In this document: in pieces, positions 28,120 through 37,788 of the stretch
Layout of the letters: each line of letters begins with the position of its first letter
Numbering within the stretch: position 1 is the stretch's first letter
Source of the DNA: an uncultured Myxococcales bacterium
Lineage (GTDB): Bacteria > Myxococcota_A > UBA9042
DNA: 64,000 nucleotides
Direction of reading: 5' to 3'
Assembly: GCA_903924465.1 (NCBI GenBank)
Contig: CAIYBN010000039.1
Location: 14,256 to 78,255 of the forward strand
Translations under genes and position numbers: made by a program
The notes under the pieces: generated by a model
The model's input: only the letters and a program-made list of their open reading frames with translations
Database searches by the model: none
What the model was told of the DNA's origin: nothing

Positions 28120-29685
28120 ATGAAGACCGGAGAGCAAGGTGAACTCATCCTGGCCATCGACGTAGGGACCCAATCGGTCCGCGCCGGGCTCGTCGACTTG
28201 ACGGGGGCGGTTCACCACTTGGTCAAAACGGCGATCGAGCCCTACTTTTCTGCGCAGCCGGGGTGGGCTGAGCAGGACCCGGAGTACTACTGGAAGACGG
28301 TTTGTGACGTTTGCCGGCAAGTGCTCGCCGCCGACCCGTCCGCGCGGGGGCGTCTGCAGGCGGTGACCGTGACCACGCAGCGCGTGACCATGATCAACGT
28401 CGATCGCGACGGCAAGCCACTGCGCCCGGCGATCGTCTGGCTCGACCAGCGCAAGGCCGACGTGGACCAGGTGCTGTCGGCCCCACTTCGGCTGGCGCTC
28501 AAGGGCATCGGTCTGTCGGAGTTTGTGGACTTCGCGGTTGGGGTCAGCCGGTCTAATTGGATCCGCCAGCACCAGCCGGAAGTCTGGGAGCAGACTCACA
28601 AGTTCTTGTTTCTTTCTGGCTTTCTGGCCCACCGGCTCACCGGCGAATTCCGCGAATCCACAGGCAATGTGTTCGGCGCGATCCCATTTGACGTCAAACG
28701 CGGCAGCTGGGCGGGCAAGCTGGATCTGAAGTGGAAGTTCTTTCCGGTGGAGCCGGAGAAACTGACGGAGTTGGTGCCGCCTTCGTCGTTCCTTGGCCAC
28801 ATCACGACAGCCGCCGCTGAAGTCACGGGCATCCCGGCAGGACTTCCGCTCATCGCCGCCGCTGCCGACAAGGCCTGCGACGTACTTGGCGCCGGTTGCC
28901 TCACCCCCGAGCGCGCCTGCATCAGCTTTGGCACGACGGCTACCATCAACACGCATAACAAACGCTATGTCGAGCTCTGGTCGATGATGCCGCCGTACCC
29001 TTCGGCCATCCCCGGTCATTTCTACTCGGAAGTCGGCGTCGTGCGCGGCCTGTGGCTGGTCTCGTGGTTCAAGGAGGAGTTCGGTCTGCACGAGAGGCAG
29101 TTGGCCCATGCGACGCAAGCTTCGCCAGAGGAATTGCTTGAGGAACTTCTCAAAGAGGTTCCAGCCGGTAGCAAAGGGTTGATTTGCCACCCCAACTGGG
29201 CGCCAGCCTTGGGCCAGTCGCGCGCCACCAAGGGAGCGATCATTGGCTTTGGAGAGGTCCACACGAGGGCCTATGTCTACCGCGCCATCATCGAAGGATT
29301 GGTCTACGCACTCCGCGAGGGGGCGGAGCTGACGGAGCGGAAGAACAAGCTGGCCATCACCGATGTGGTCGCCACGGGTGGCGGCTCCAAAAGCGACGCG
29401 ATCCTGCAAATTACCGCCGATGTCTTTGGCCGCCCAGTACACCGTCCGCACACCAGCGAGACGTCGCTGCTCGGCGCCGCCATGGTTGCCGCGGTAGGGC
29501 TCAAGCTCATGCCGGACTTCGCAACTGCGGTGGCGGCGATGACCCGAGTGGCTGCAAGTTTCGAGCCCGAAAGTGCCAACCGAACGCTGTACGATGACCT
29601 CTACTCTCGGGTTTACAAAGGAATGTACAAGCAACTTCTGCCATTGAACGAGCAGATCCGAGCCATTACGGGATATCCGACCTGA
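28120..29685 (+). CDS. FGGY-family carbohydrate kinase
   Basis: LAIDVGTQSVR, GWAEQDP, PAIVWLDQR, SFGTT, RAIIEG, TGGGSKSD. Confidence 0.93.
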   Translation: MKTGEQGELILAIDVGTQSVRAGLVDLTGAVHHLVKTAIEPYFSAQPGWAEQDPEYYWKTVCDVCRQVLAADPSARGRLQAVTVTTQRVTMINVDRDGKPLRPAIVWLDQRKADVDQVLSAPLRLALKGIGLSEFVDFAVGVSRSNWIRQHQPEVWEQTHKFLFLSGFLAHRLTGEFRESTGNVFGAIPFDVKRGSWAGKLDLKWKFFPVEPEKLTELVPPSSFLGHITTAAAEVTGIPAGLPLIAAAADKACDVLGAGCLTPERACISFGTTATINTHNKRYVELWSMMPPYPSAIPGHFYSEVGVVRGLWLVSWFKEEFGLHERQLAHATQASPEELLEELLKEVPAGSKGLICHPNWAPALGQSRATKGAIIGFGEVHTRAYVYRAIIEGLVYALREGAELTERKNKLAITDVVATGGGSKSDAILQITADVFGRPVHRPHTSETSLLGAAMVAAVGLKLMPDFATAVAAMTRVAASFEPESANRTLYDDLYSRVYKGMYKQLLPLNEQIRAITGYPT

Positions 29686-29949
29686 CGCGTGTCGAATGGC
29701 TGCCGTTGGAGGACTTGTCAACGCGGTCAGTGGAATGGGCGGCGACGACAATTCCGCGGACTGGCGCTGCGCGGTGGCATTTGTCGTGAAGACCGCAGAT
29801 AGGCGGAAAACCTGCGCCAGTTGACGATTTCGACGCCCTGGGCAACGCCGCGTACTCGCAGTCGCTCCGGCGAATCACGTCCCGCCAGCTCTCCTTGCAA
29901 ACTTGACCTGCCGATCTCCGTGTGATCTTCGCCGCTTGACGGTGTCGCG

Positions 29950-30120
29950 ATGCGCGAAGCACTGTCTGAAGGTTTGCGGCGGTGGGCGGTAGATTCGTTC
30001 GAGGACGGCGACGGGAAGTACACGGAAATCGCGGTGCGGTTTGGCATCGGCTCGGCGTCGCTCAAGCGCCAGGGGCGGCGATTGCGCGAAACCGGCGAGT
30101 ACGGTGTGTGCAAGGGGTGA
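29950..30120 (+). mobile_element. IS630-family transposase remnant (N-terminal HTH only)
   Basis: 56-aa ORF absent from the track: MREALSEGLRRWAVDSFEDGDGKYTEIAVRFGIGSASLKRQGRRLRETGE, matching the S-x-DLR..A-x-RF-x-[VI]..RETG pattern of IS630 HTHs. No DDE domain follows. Confidence 0.65.
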
Positions 30121-30323
30121 TTCGTGGCTCTCCATTTGACTGGAAGCACTGTGACACCGCTCATCTGTGTGGTGCTCCGACCTGAACGTCCGGGGAGCGA
30201 CTTGGGTGTCGGCTCCGTTGTATTTGTTGCAGGAAGTGTCGGGATTTTGCGTGTCGGGCGTCTTGACGCGTGGCGCGGCACGTTGCATCGTTGCCGCCTC
30301 TGGACTGTGCAAAGGCGCCGGCC

Positions 30324-31718
30324 ATGGACGACACGCCCCTTCTTCGTCATCAGCACTACCTCGAACGCGCGGCCGAGCGCGCCGACCGCGCCGAGCTCGA
30401 TTTCGCGCTGCAGCTCTACGAGGACCCAGCGCTGCTGGCGGGTGTGCTGGCCGAGGCGACTTTGCCGCCGGGCGATGCGCGCATTGCGCTCGGTCTGGAT
30501 CCAGCGGGCGATGGTCCGTGGCTGGTCGTGACGCGCGAGGGCGAGTTTGTCACTGTCCTGGGCAAAGGCATGAAGCCGACTGGGCTCCATCCGCTGCAGG
30601 CGAGCCAGGTGGCGAGCCTCGCGGCGCGCGTACTCAAGCAGCGTCACCGTCAGACGGCTGCGGATGCCGTGGTGCCGCCGGACCGCCGCGGCGAGTTCTT
30701 GACGCGCTTTTTCCGTCAAGGGTCGGATGTTACCCGGGAGGATTTGCTGTTGTTTGTGGCGTGGTTGCCGGTCATGTACCACAGCTATCAGCACGTGACG
30801 CTTTCATGGCTGCAGCTCGCCGTCGAGATCTTCGAAATGGGCCAGGTCGCGCTGCAAGCCCCACCAAAGCGTTTTGACAAACATCTGAAGAACATGCACG
30901 AGGCGTTCTGGGCCTGCAGCGCGATGTTGCCGGTGCTCGCCTACGAGGGCCGCCGGCACGATTGGCTGGGCGATGACCCTCTGCTATTGCCGCGGCTGAT
31001 GAGCCGCGACGGCTTCGTCGGCCCGACCCTGCGCTCGGCGTGGGCGCTTGGGCGGATTGGCAAGCCCATCTTGGCGCTGATCAAGCAGAATTTTCGCGAC
31101 GCCCAGGATGTGAGCGTCTACTACGCCTGCTTGTACGGCCTCTTCGTGATGGCGTTCCGCCACCAGGCTTTGCGCGCGGAAATTCGCAAGCTGCTCACGG
31201 CAAAGCAGCCGGAAACGACGTGGCCGCAAGTCTTGGCCAACCTGCATATGGCGTTGGCGCCGTACTTCGAGCACGCGTTCGACCAGCCGGAGACGCTGGT
31301 GGAGTTGCACGTGGAGGTCGCGCGCAATCACACGCACCGGCTTTGCCACATGGTCGGCGGCGAGCTCGCCAGGCGTTATCTCACGCCGGCGGACGTGCCC
31401 GTGGACCTGGCGAAATGCGTCGCGTCGACGATGAGCGGCGACTGCCGGGACGCGCGCTTCCTGCCACTGATGCTCGCGAATTGCGTTTGGCTGGCTCAAG
31501 TTGAAGCCGAGGCGCTGTTCCCGCCTGCGGAATTCATGAAGCACTGGAGGGTACCGTGGCGGCGCGAGCACTCGACCGTCATGATCAAGCAGTCCCTGGG
31601 TGGCCGGCTGCTAACGCCGGTGCGGGCGCCGGAGAGGCAGGGACGCAACGAGCGGTGCAACTGCGGAAGTGGTCGGAAGTTCAAGGTTTGCTGCGGAGTA
31701 ACGACGCAGTCCGCATGA
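30324..31718 (+). CDS. SEC-C (zinc-binding) motif-containing protein
   Basis: C-terminal GRNERCNCGSGRKFKVCC; the rest is an unrecognised, probably helical region. Confidence 0.85.
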   Translation: MDDTPLLRHQHYLERAAERADRAELDFALQLYEDPALLAGVLAEATLPPGDARIALGLDPAGDGPWLVVTREGEFVTVLGKGMKPTGLHPLQASQVASLAARVLKQRHRQTAADAVVPPDRRGEFLTRFFRQGSDVTREDLLLFVAWLPVMYHSYQHVTLSWLQLAVEIFEMGQVALQAPPKRFDKHLKNMHEAFWACSAMLPVLAYEGRRHDWLGDDPLLLPRLMSRDGFVGPTLRSAWALGRIGKPILALIKQNFRDAQDVSVYYACLYGLFVMAFRHQALRAEIRKLLTAKQPETTWPQVLANLHMALAPYFEHAFDQPETLVELHVEVARNHTHRLCHMVGGELARRYLTPADVPVDLAKCVASTMSGDCRDARFLPLMLANCVWLAQVEAEALFPPAEFMKHWRVPWRREHSTVMIKQSLGGRLLTPVRAPERQGRNERCNCGSGRKFKVCCGVTTQSA

Positions 31719-32215
31719 GTGACGGTTCGCGCGTCCGGCTGCATGCATCGCAATCGTGGTCGAACACGATGACCAGTTTCAACAGCGCGTGGCGTTCCGG
31801 ACCCGGGACGAAACGGTCCTGGTGAAGCCATGGAGTTGCAGATTGTCCACGGCGGCGAGGGTGAAACGACTGCGTGCGGCGTGACAGCCCGGAGCTGGCG
31901 GCCTGCCTTTGCCCCGGATGAGCTGTGCCGCAAGACTGTCTCAAGCCAGCGACCGTGGATGGCGTTGAACGTGCGCTGCTGCGTCCGCCACCATGGAGAA
32001 CGGCCAGGACGCGCGCGCTCGAGTTGGACACGAAACAGGTGGACGCGATTCGGCCGTTCTTCCGGTGGCCCGCCAACCACACCGGCCTCGGCGACATTGC
32101 GCTGGCGTCCCGCGTCCACGCAATTACTGCGTTCGTCCCGGCGGACGGAGAGACCTGGCAGCCGGGGATTCGCGGGTCCGGTAACGACCGAGGTGGTCGA
32201 AAGGGCCGACGCACG

Positions 32216-32881
32216 TCAAGCCGGAGCCCCCGCTGGTTCCACCATCGGTCGAAAATGCGGCATTTGCGCGCCACAGCACGGTGGCAGTTCGTCGCGCAAC
32301 ACATGCAAGGTCTGCATCGCCTTCTCCAGAAAATCCGCGGAAGCCTCGACAAAGATTCGCCGCGGGTGCCCTGCCCACGCGTCTTCGATGCGCTTGTCCA
32401 GTTCCATCGCTTGCTGCGCGTTCTCGATGCGCAGGGGATTGGAGTGATCAAAGCCAACCGTGGGCGTGCGCAGGTGGATCACCGCATCGTAGCGGGCAAT
32501 TTGCTCGGCTTGCGTCGTGCCCACGGCTTGCAGGAACGATTGCGCGTCCTGCGGCCAATACGCGATGCCATCCAGCGTGCCACGATCGCACAAGGTGATG
32601 GCCGGTTCCGATTCATCGTCCACGGACCGCTCCAACTCGCGCTGGACGTAGAAAATCGCCCGCTGCGCCGCCATCCGCCCGGGATCACTTGGCAAACGCG
32701 GAAAGCCACCGCCAAACAGCAGGCTCGCCGACTCGGGCAGCACGTGCACGTGGCGACAGAAATACTTGCGTGCCAATTCCAAAATCGCCGTCTTGCCCGC
32801 GCCCGGGCCGCCGGTCAGGACAATACGCCGCCGTGGATGGACGTTTTGGCAGTGACAAGGATGGTGGTGACCGTTGCTCAT
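32216..32881 (-). CDS. AAA_28/NadR-like P-loop ATPase or kinase
   Basis: RIVLTGGPGAGKT, LPESA, LCDRGTLD, YDAVIHL. ATGA overlap with the sbcC stop. Confidence 0.85.
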   Translation of the reverse strand: MSNGHHHPCHCQNVHPRRRIVLTGGPGAGKTAILELARKYFCRHVHVLPESASLLFGGGFPRLPSDPGRMAAQRAIFYVQRELERSVDDESEPAITLCDRGTLDGIAYWPQDAQSFLQAVGTTQAEQIARYDAVIHLRTPTVGFDHSNPLRIENAQQAMELDKRIEDAWAGHPRRIFVEASADFLEKAMQTLHVLRDELPPCCGAQMPHFRPMVEPAGAPA

Positions 32882-35800
32882 GAGCCTCCTGTGATGCGCA
32901 CGGTGCTGCCGCGCAGGCTGGATTCCACGCAAATGCCGGCGCGAATTTGCTGTTTCAATTCGTCGACGTGAGAAATGATGCCGACGCTGCGACCGCCCGC
33001 CTGCAAGCCCATCAGCGTGTCGATGGCGAGTTCCAGCGCTTCCGTGTCCAAGCTGCCAAAACCTTCGTCGATGAACAGCGTGTCCAGTTGGATACCGCCG
33101 GCATGTCGCTGCACCACATCGGACAGCCCCAGCGCCAGCGCCAACGACGCCATGAAGCCTTCGCCACCCGACAGCGAATGCGCCGGCCGCGACCGTCCCG
33201 TGTACGCGTCCGTCACGTCCAGATCCAGACCGGCAGCTTTGCGGCCATCGACTGGATCCAGTCGCCGCACGAGTTCATAGCGGTTGCGCGTCATCGTCTG
33301 TAGCCGCGCGGTCGCCGCCGCGAGCACTTCGTCAAGCAGCGTCGCCAACACAAAGCGCTGGAATGTCAGACGGCTCGACGTCGACACGCCGTTGGCAATC
33401 TGCGCCAGCGCCCCGGTCACGCGGTACTGCGTCTCGATGTCCCCAAGCTGCTCCGCCCATTCCGCCAGTTGCCGCAACGTCGCGTTCGTTTGGTCGCGCC
33501 GCGCCTGGACATCCTGAATTTGCCGCAAGATTGCATCCACTTGGTTCCGCGCCAAGGTCAGCGCCGCTTCCAACTGCGACAAATCCGGCACTTGCAGATC
33601 CTCCACCGCCTCGTCCGCCCGCAGCAGGCGCGCCCGCGCCGCCGTCAGCAGCTCCGCGTGCTGGTGGATGCGGAGCTCCAGCGCTTGAAGGGCCTCCGCC
33701 GTCAGCCGCGCCGCGAGAAATGCCGCTTCGTCGCCCAGCCCGGTCCGCACGAGCGCTTCCTCCCACGCCGTTTCGGCCAACGCCAACCGATCGCGGGTCT
33801 GCACGAGCGTCTCCTGCCGACCCGCCAACCGCTGCGTCGCCGCCGCGTGATCCGCCGTTGCCCGTGTGTGCGCGTCCTGCGCCTGCTGCAGCGCCTTGTC
33901 CAGGGTGTCGCACGCCGCCTGCGCCGCAGCCATCGCTGCCGTCACCGCCCCCGGCGCACGCAGGGTCTCCGGCACCAGTTGTTCTAACCCCGAAAGCGTC
34001 GCTTCCGCCGCGGCCGCGCGTTGCCCCGCTTCGCCGGCCAGGTCCCGCAGCACCTCCAAATCGCTTTGCAGATTCGCCACGTGGGTCGCCGCTGCTTGTG
34101 CCGTCCCACCCGCGGCCGTCCATGCCGTGTGCGCAGCTTCCGCGCTGGTCAGCGCCGCGCGTGCCGCCGCAACATCGACCGCACCGCTCGAGATTTCGAC
34201 CGTCAGTCGTGTCCGCGCCGAGGTGTGCGCGGCCTGGGCCACCGCCTGGTCCTGAGCCATCTGCGCCGCACGCTGTTGCGCCGTTTGCCGCGCCGCGTCG
34301 GCCCGCTCTGCTGCCATGCGGGCCGCTTCCCAGCCGGCTTCCGAGGGCACCGCGGGGCCTGCCGTTGCCAACGCCGGATGCTCGGCACTGCCGCAGACTG
34401 GACACGCCTCGCCCTCCTGCAGATGCCGCGCCAACACCGCCGCCTGCGCCGATCGCCACTGCTGGTCCAGCGTCGCAAACCCGTCCTTCGCCGCTTGCCA
34501 GACCACCAGCGCCGCCCGGTCCGCTGCCTGCGCCTGCTCGGCCAGCTCCTGCGCCTGCATCGCCCGTTGCGCCAACCGCTGCACTTCCTGCTCCAGCTGG
34601 GCCAGACGCATCGCCTGCTCCAGCCGCAACCGGCAAGCTTCCACGCTCGCAGCTTGGGCCGCCAGTTCATCGACGTCCCGCTTCGCCTGGACCTGCGCTG
34701 CCTGTTCCTTCTGCAATTTCGCCTGGGCGTCGCTCACCACGCGCTGTTGCTTGTCCGCCTGCTGCCGCGCCGCCATCGCCGTCGCCACGGCCTGCTGCAG
34801 TTGCGCCACGCGCTCGACTTGCCCCCGCAGCGCCGCCAACGCCTGTTGCCTCGCGTCGCGCTCCGGCTGGCGCTGGATTTGCTCCTGCAAGGTGCGCGCC
34901 ATCACCTGCGCCCTCGTTTCTGCGTCCGCCAACAGCGCCTGCGCCTCGCGCACCGCCTCGTCCGCCGCGTGATGCTGGCTCCGCGCTTGCGTCCGCGCCA
35001 CGTGCGCTGGCGTCGCCCGATCCGCGCGCGCACCCGCTTGAGCGCGCTCCTGATCGCGCGCGTGCTCCGCCTGCCTGGCGTCCAGCGCCGCCAGCTGCCC
35101 GCGTGCGTCCAACCGTTCGCGAAATTGACTTTCCGCCTGGCGTCCCGCCGCCAGCGCTGCCCCGGCTCCCTGCTCTGTGGACCTCGCCGCGTGCTGAGCG
35201 GCTTGCAGTTCAAGCAGTTGCACCGACAGCGCACCAGCACGCGCCGCCACCTCCTCCACCGACGCCGCTTCCGCCGATTTCAGCAGCACATCCCGCCCGT
35301 TGCGCGCCTCTTTGCCCTGCGCCTCCAACGCCGCAGCTCGCGACTTCAGTTCGTCCTGCACCCGCTGGTAGATCCACGTGCCAAAAAGCGTCTTGAGAAT
35401 CGCCTCCCGGTCCGCAGTCCCTGCGCTCAGCAGCTGACGGAATTGCCCCTGCGGCAGCACGACAACCTGTCGGAACTGCTGGACATTGAAGCCCATCATC
35501 TGCTCGATCTGCGCGTCCACGACCTTCGAACTCGTCCCCAACAACTGCGTCGCGCCGCCGGTCAGTTCCTGCAATTCCGCCTTGGCCGGCTCCGTCGTCA
35601 TCCCGCCACCGCGCTTCGCCGGGCGATCCTGCTGCGGACTGCGCTGGATGCGGTAAGTCCTTGCACCCACAGCAAAAGTCAGCATCACTTCCGTGGCCAA
35701 GTTCGGCTCGGCAAAGTCACTGCGCAGATTGGCCGGGTTGCGCTCCGTGCCCGACGCTTCGCCGTACAAGGCAAAACACAGGCCATCCAGGATCGACGTC

Positions 35801-35922
35801 TTGCCCGCGCCGGTCGGGCCGGAAATCAGGTAGAGTGAACCGGTCGGCAGCAACGTGAAATCAATCACTTCGCGACCGGCGAAGGGACCAAAGGCCTGCA
35901 AGGTCAGGACGAGCGGCTTCAT
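32878..35922 (-). CDS. sbcC: SbcC (Rad50-like SMC ATPase)
   Basis: GPTGAGKT, LPQGQF, coiled coils, CPVCGS zinc hook, LSGGE, LFIDEGFGSLD, IISH. Confidence 0.96.
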   Translation of the reverse strand: MKPLVLTLQAFGPFAGREVIDFTLLPTGSLYLISGPTGAGKTSILDGLCFALYGEASGTERNPANLRSDFAEPNLATEVMLTFAVGARTYRIQRSPQQDRPAKRGGGMTTEPAKAELQELTGGATQLLGTSSKVVDAQIEQMMGFNVQQFRQVVVLPQGQFRQLLSAGTADREAILKTLFGTWIYQRVQDELKSRAAALEAQGKEARNGRDVLLKSAEAASVEEVAARAGALSVQLLELQAAQHAARSTEQGAGAALAAGRQAESQFRERLDARGQLAALDARQAEHARDQERAQAGARADRATPAHVARTQARSQHHAADEAVREAQALLADAETRAQVMARTLQEQIQRQPERDARQQALAALRGQVERVAQLQQAVATAMAARQQADKQQRVVSDAQAKLQKEQAAQVQAKRDVDELAAQAASVEACRLRLEQAMRLAQLEQEVQRLAQRAMQAQELAEQAQAADRAALVVWQAAKDGFATLDQQWRSAQAAVLARHLQEGEACPVCGSAEHPALATAGPAVPSEAGWEAARMAAERADAARQTAQQRAAQMAQDQAVAQAAHTSARTRLTVEISSGAVDVAAARAALTSAEAAHTAWTAAGGTAQAAATHVANLQSDLEVLRDLAGEAGQRAAAAEATLSGLEQLVPETLRAPGAVTAAMAAAQAACDTLDKALQQAQDAHTRATADHAAATQRLAGRQETLVQTRDRLALAETAWEEALVRTGLGDEAAFLAARLTAEALQALELRIHQHAELLTAARARLLRADEAVEDLQVPDLSQLEAALTLARNQVDAILRQIQDVQARRDQTNATLRQLAEWAEQLGDIETQYRVTGALAQIANGVSTSSRLTFQRFVLATLLDEVLAAATARLQTMTRNRYELVRRLDPVDGRKAAGLDLDVTDAYTGRSRPAHSLSGGEGFMASLALALGLSDVVQRHAGGIQLDTLFIDEGFGSLDTEALELAIDTLMGLQAGGRSVGIISHVDELKQQIRAGICVESSLRGSTVRITGGS

Positions 35923-37067
35923 GCGTCCGCCTCCCGCTTGGCCAACTCCGTCACGACCTGCGCCAGCACGGCTTGGCCGGGCGCATCCAGGTCCTGGCCC
36001 GTCACTTCGCGGTAGAAATCGCCAAAAAGATCTTCCACGCGCACCTTGCGGTGATCGCGGCCCGGCGCCATCGCCCGGTTCGTGCCTTCCAGCACAACGC
36101 GTTCAATCGCCAGCGCGTTCGGGTACGCAGCGCGCAGCTTGCCCATCGCGTCCAAGATCGCACCCGGATCGTGCAGCCGCGCCAGGACATAGTCGTCGGC
36201 ATGAGGATCCGCGCGGCCGCGTTCGACCAAATCCGCCAGCACGCCGTTCAGCACCCGCAAGTCCCGCAGCGGCCGCAGCGGCAGGCGCTGCGTCGTCACC
36301 TGACCTGTGGGGCCCAGTTCAATCAGCGTCGTCGACTTCTGCTGGTCCAATTCTGAAAACGAATACTTCAGCAGCGAACCGGCGTACTGCACCGGCGTCG
36401 GCCCGATCTGCTGCGGACGGTGAAGATGCCCGAGGGCGACGAAATCGAAGCCGGCAAACAGCTCCACGCCTACCGCGCCGGTACCACCGACACTCAAGTC
36501 GCGTTCCGACTCGCTGACCAGCCCGCCTTGCACAAACGCGTGCGCCACCAGCACCGTGCGCTCGCCCTGCCGCATCTGCCGGCGCACGTCCACCAGCTGC
36601 GCTTCAAACGCCGCGTGGTGATCCGCGAGCGTGTCGTCCTGCAACGCGTGCCGGACGGTCGGCGGATCGGCGTAGGGCAGCGGAAAGATCGCCACCGAAC
36701 CGTGGGCATCCTGCAACCGGACCGGCGCCACGTGCGCATCCGTCGGCCCACGCACCGTCAAACCCGCGCGCTGCAGCACCTGCGAGCCAAAGGCCAGGCG
36801 ATCCGCGCCATCGTGGTTACCGGCGATTGCAACCACTGGAATCTGCAGGTCGATGACCAGCCGCGTCAGCGTCTTGTCCAGCAAGCGCACGGCTTCCGCG
36901 GGTGGCGTGGCACGGTCGTAGATATCGCCAGCCAGCAAAATCGCATCCGGGCGATGCGTCGCGGCCAGCTGCACGAATTGATCGAGCACGTGCGCCTGCT
37001 CCGCAAGCAGCGAGACACCGTGGTAGATGCGGCCCAGATGCCAATCGGCGGTGTGAAGCAGGCGCAT
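35919..37067 (-). CDS. sbcD: SbcD (Mre11-like nuclease)
   Basis: MRLLHTADWHLG, AGDIYD, AGNHD, ALGHLH, YAGSLLKYSFSE. Confidence 0.96.
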   Translation of the reverse strand: MRLLHTADWHLGRIYHGVSLLAEQAHVLDQFVQLAATHRPDAILLAGDIYDRATPPAEAVRLLDKTLTRLVIDLQIPVVAIAGNHDGADRLAFGSQVLQRAGLTVRGPTDAHVAPVRLQDAHGSVAIFPLPYADPPTVRHALQDDTLADHHAAFEAQLVDVRRQMRQGERTVLVAHAFVQGGLVSESERDLSVGGTGAVGVELFAGFDFVALGHLHRPQQIGPTPVQYAGSLLKYSFSELDQQKSTTLIELGPTGQVTTQRLPLRPLRDLRVLNGVLADLVERGRADPHADDYVLARLHDPGAILDAMGKLRAAYPNALAIERVVLEGTNRAMAPGRDHRKVRVEDLFGDFYREVTGQDLDAPGQAVLAQVVTELAKREADA

Positions 37068-37203
37068 GGGAACCTTGGAGCCAGGAGGCGCGGACGATAG
37101 CGTAGGCATCGGCACGGCGGATGGCAATGGCGGCGGTTGGCGAATAGAACCGCGGCCTGCTACGTTGATTCCATGCGGTGCGTGGTCGCCGTCTGGAGGG
37201 GTC

Positions 37204-37782
37204 ATGAAACCCCTACGCGTGTGGATCCTGTGTGTGGCGCTCGTGATGTCGATTTCGCCAGCCACCACTTTGGCCCGCGGTCACGGTGGCGGCCACGGCG
37301 GTGGCGGCTGGCATGGCGGTGGCGGACGCGGCGGTTGGCATGGCGGCGGTGGCGGCTTCCGCCCGTTCCAAGGTGGCCACTGGGGCTGGGCGCCCTGGTG
37401 GGGCGTGCACGCCGGCTTTGGCTATCCGGGCTACTTGTGGCCCTACGGCGTGCCGTGGGTCATCTACCCAGCGTGGATGCCTGGCTACAGCGGCGCGGTG
37501 CCCGAAGCGGTGCCCATCCTGCCGCCCTCACCTGCCGTCGTCCTGCACACCGGCGAAATGTCCGGCATGAACGTAGGCCTGCGATTCCAGTGGCAATGCG
37601 ACAACCCGCAAGTGCTGGTGCCGTCGCTGGAAAGTGCCGGCGAGCTCAACATGGCGCTCGTGCTCCGCGGGAATGCAGCAGGCGAGGCGAATTGTGTGGT
37701 CGGCGATGGCGAAACGCCGCCGTTGCATGTGCACGTGGTGGTGCTGCCACAGCCCTCGACGCCAACCGGGTCGCCGCCGTAG
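37204..37782 (+). CDS. Secreted Gly/His/Trp-rich hypothetical protein
   Basis: GGAGGG RBS; signal peptide; GGGHGGGGWHGGGG low-complexity tract followed by a small beta domain. Confidence 0.65.
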   Translation: MKPLRVWILCVALVMSISPATTLARGHGGGHGGGGWHGGGGRGGWHGGGGGFRPFQGGHWGWAPWWGVHAGFGYPGYLWPYGVPWVIYPAWMPGYSGAVPEAVPILPPSPAVVLHTGEMSGMNVGLRFQWQCDNPQVLVPSLESAGELNMALVLRGNAAGEANCVVGDGETPPLHVHVVVLPQPSTPTGSPP

Positions 37783-37788
37783 GGCCGA

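Noticed and set aside
30271-30287. TGGCGC...TTGCA as a sigma-54 promoter
   Set aside because: GG-to-GC spacing is 11 rather than the required 10.
33363-35838. Long plus-strand ORFs (677 and 605 aa) over sbcC
   Set aside because: Antisense shadows of a GC-rich gene with low-complexity Pro/Arg translations.
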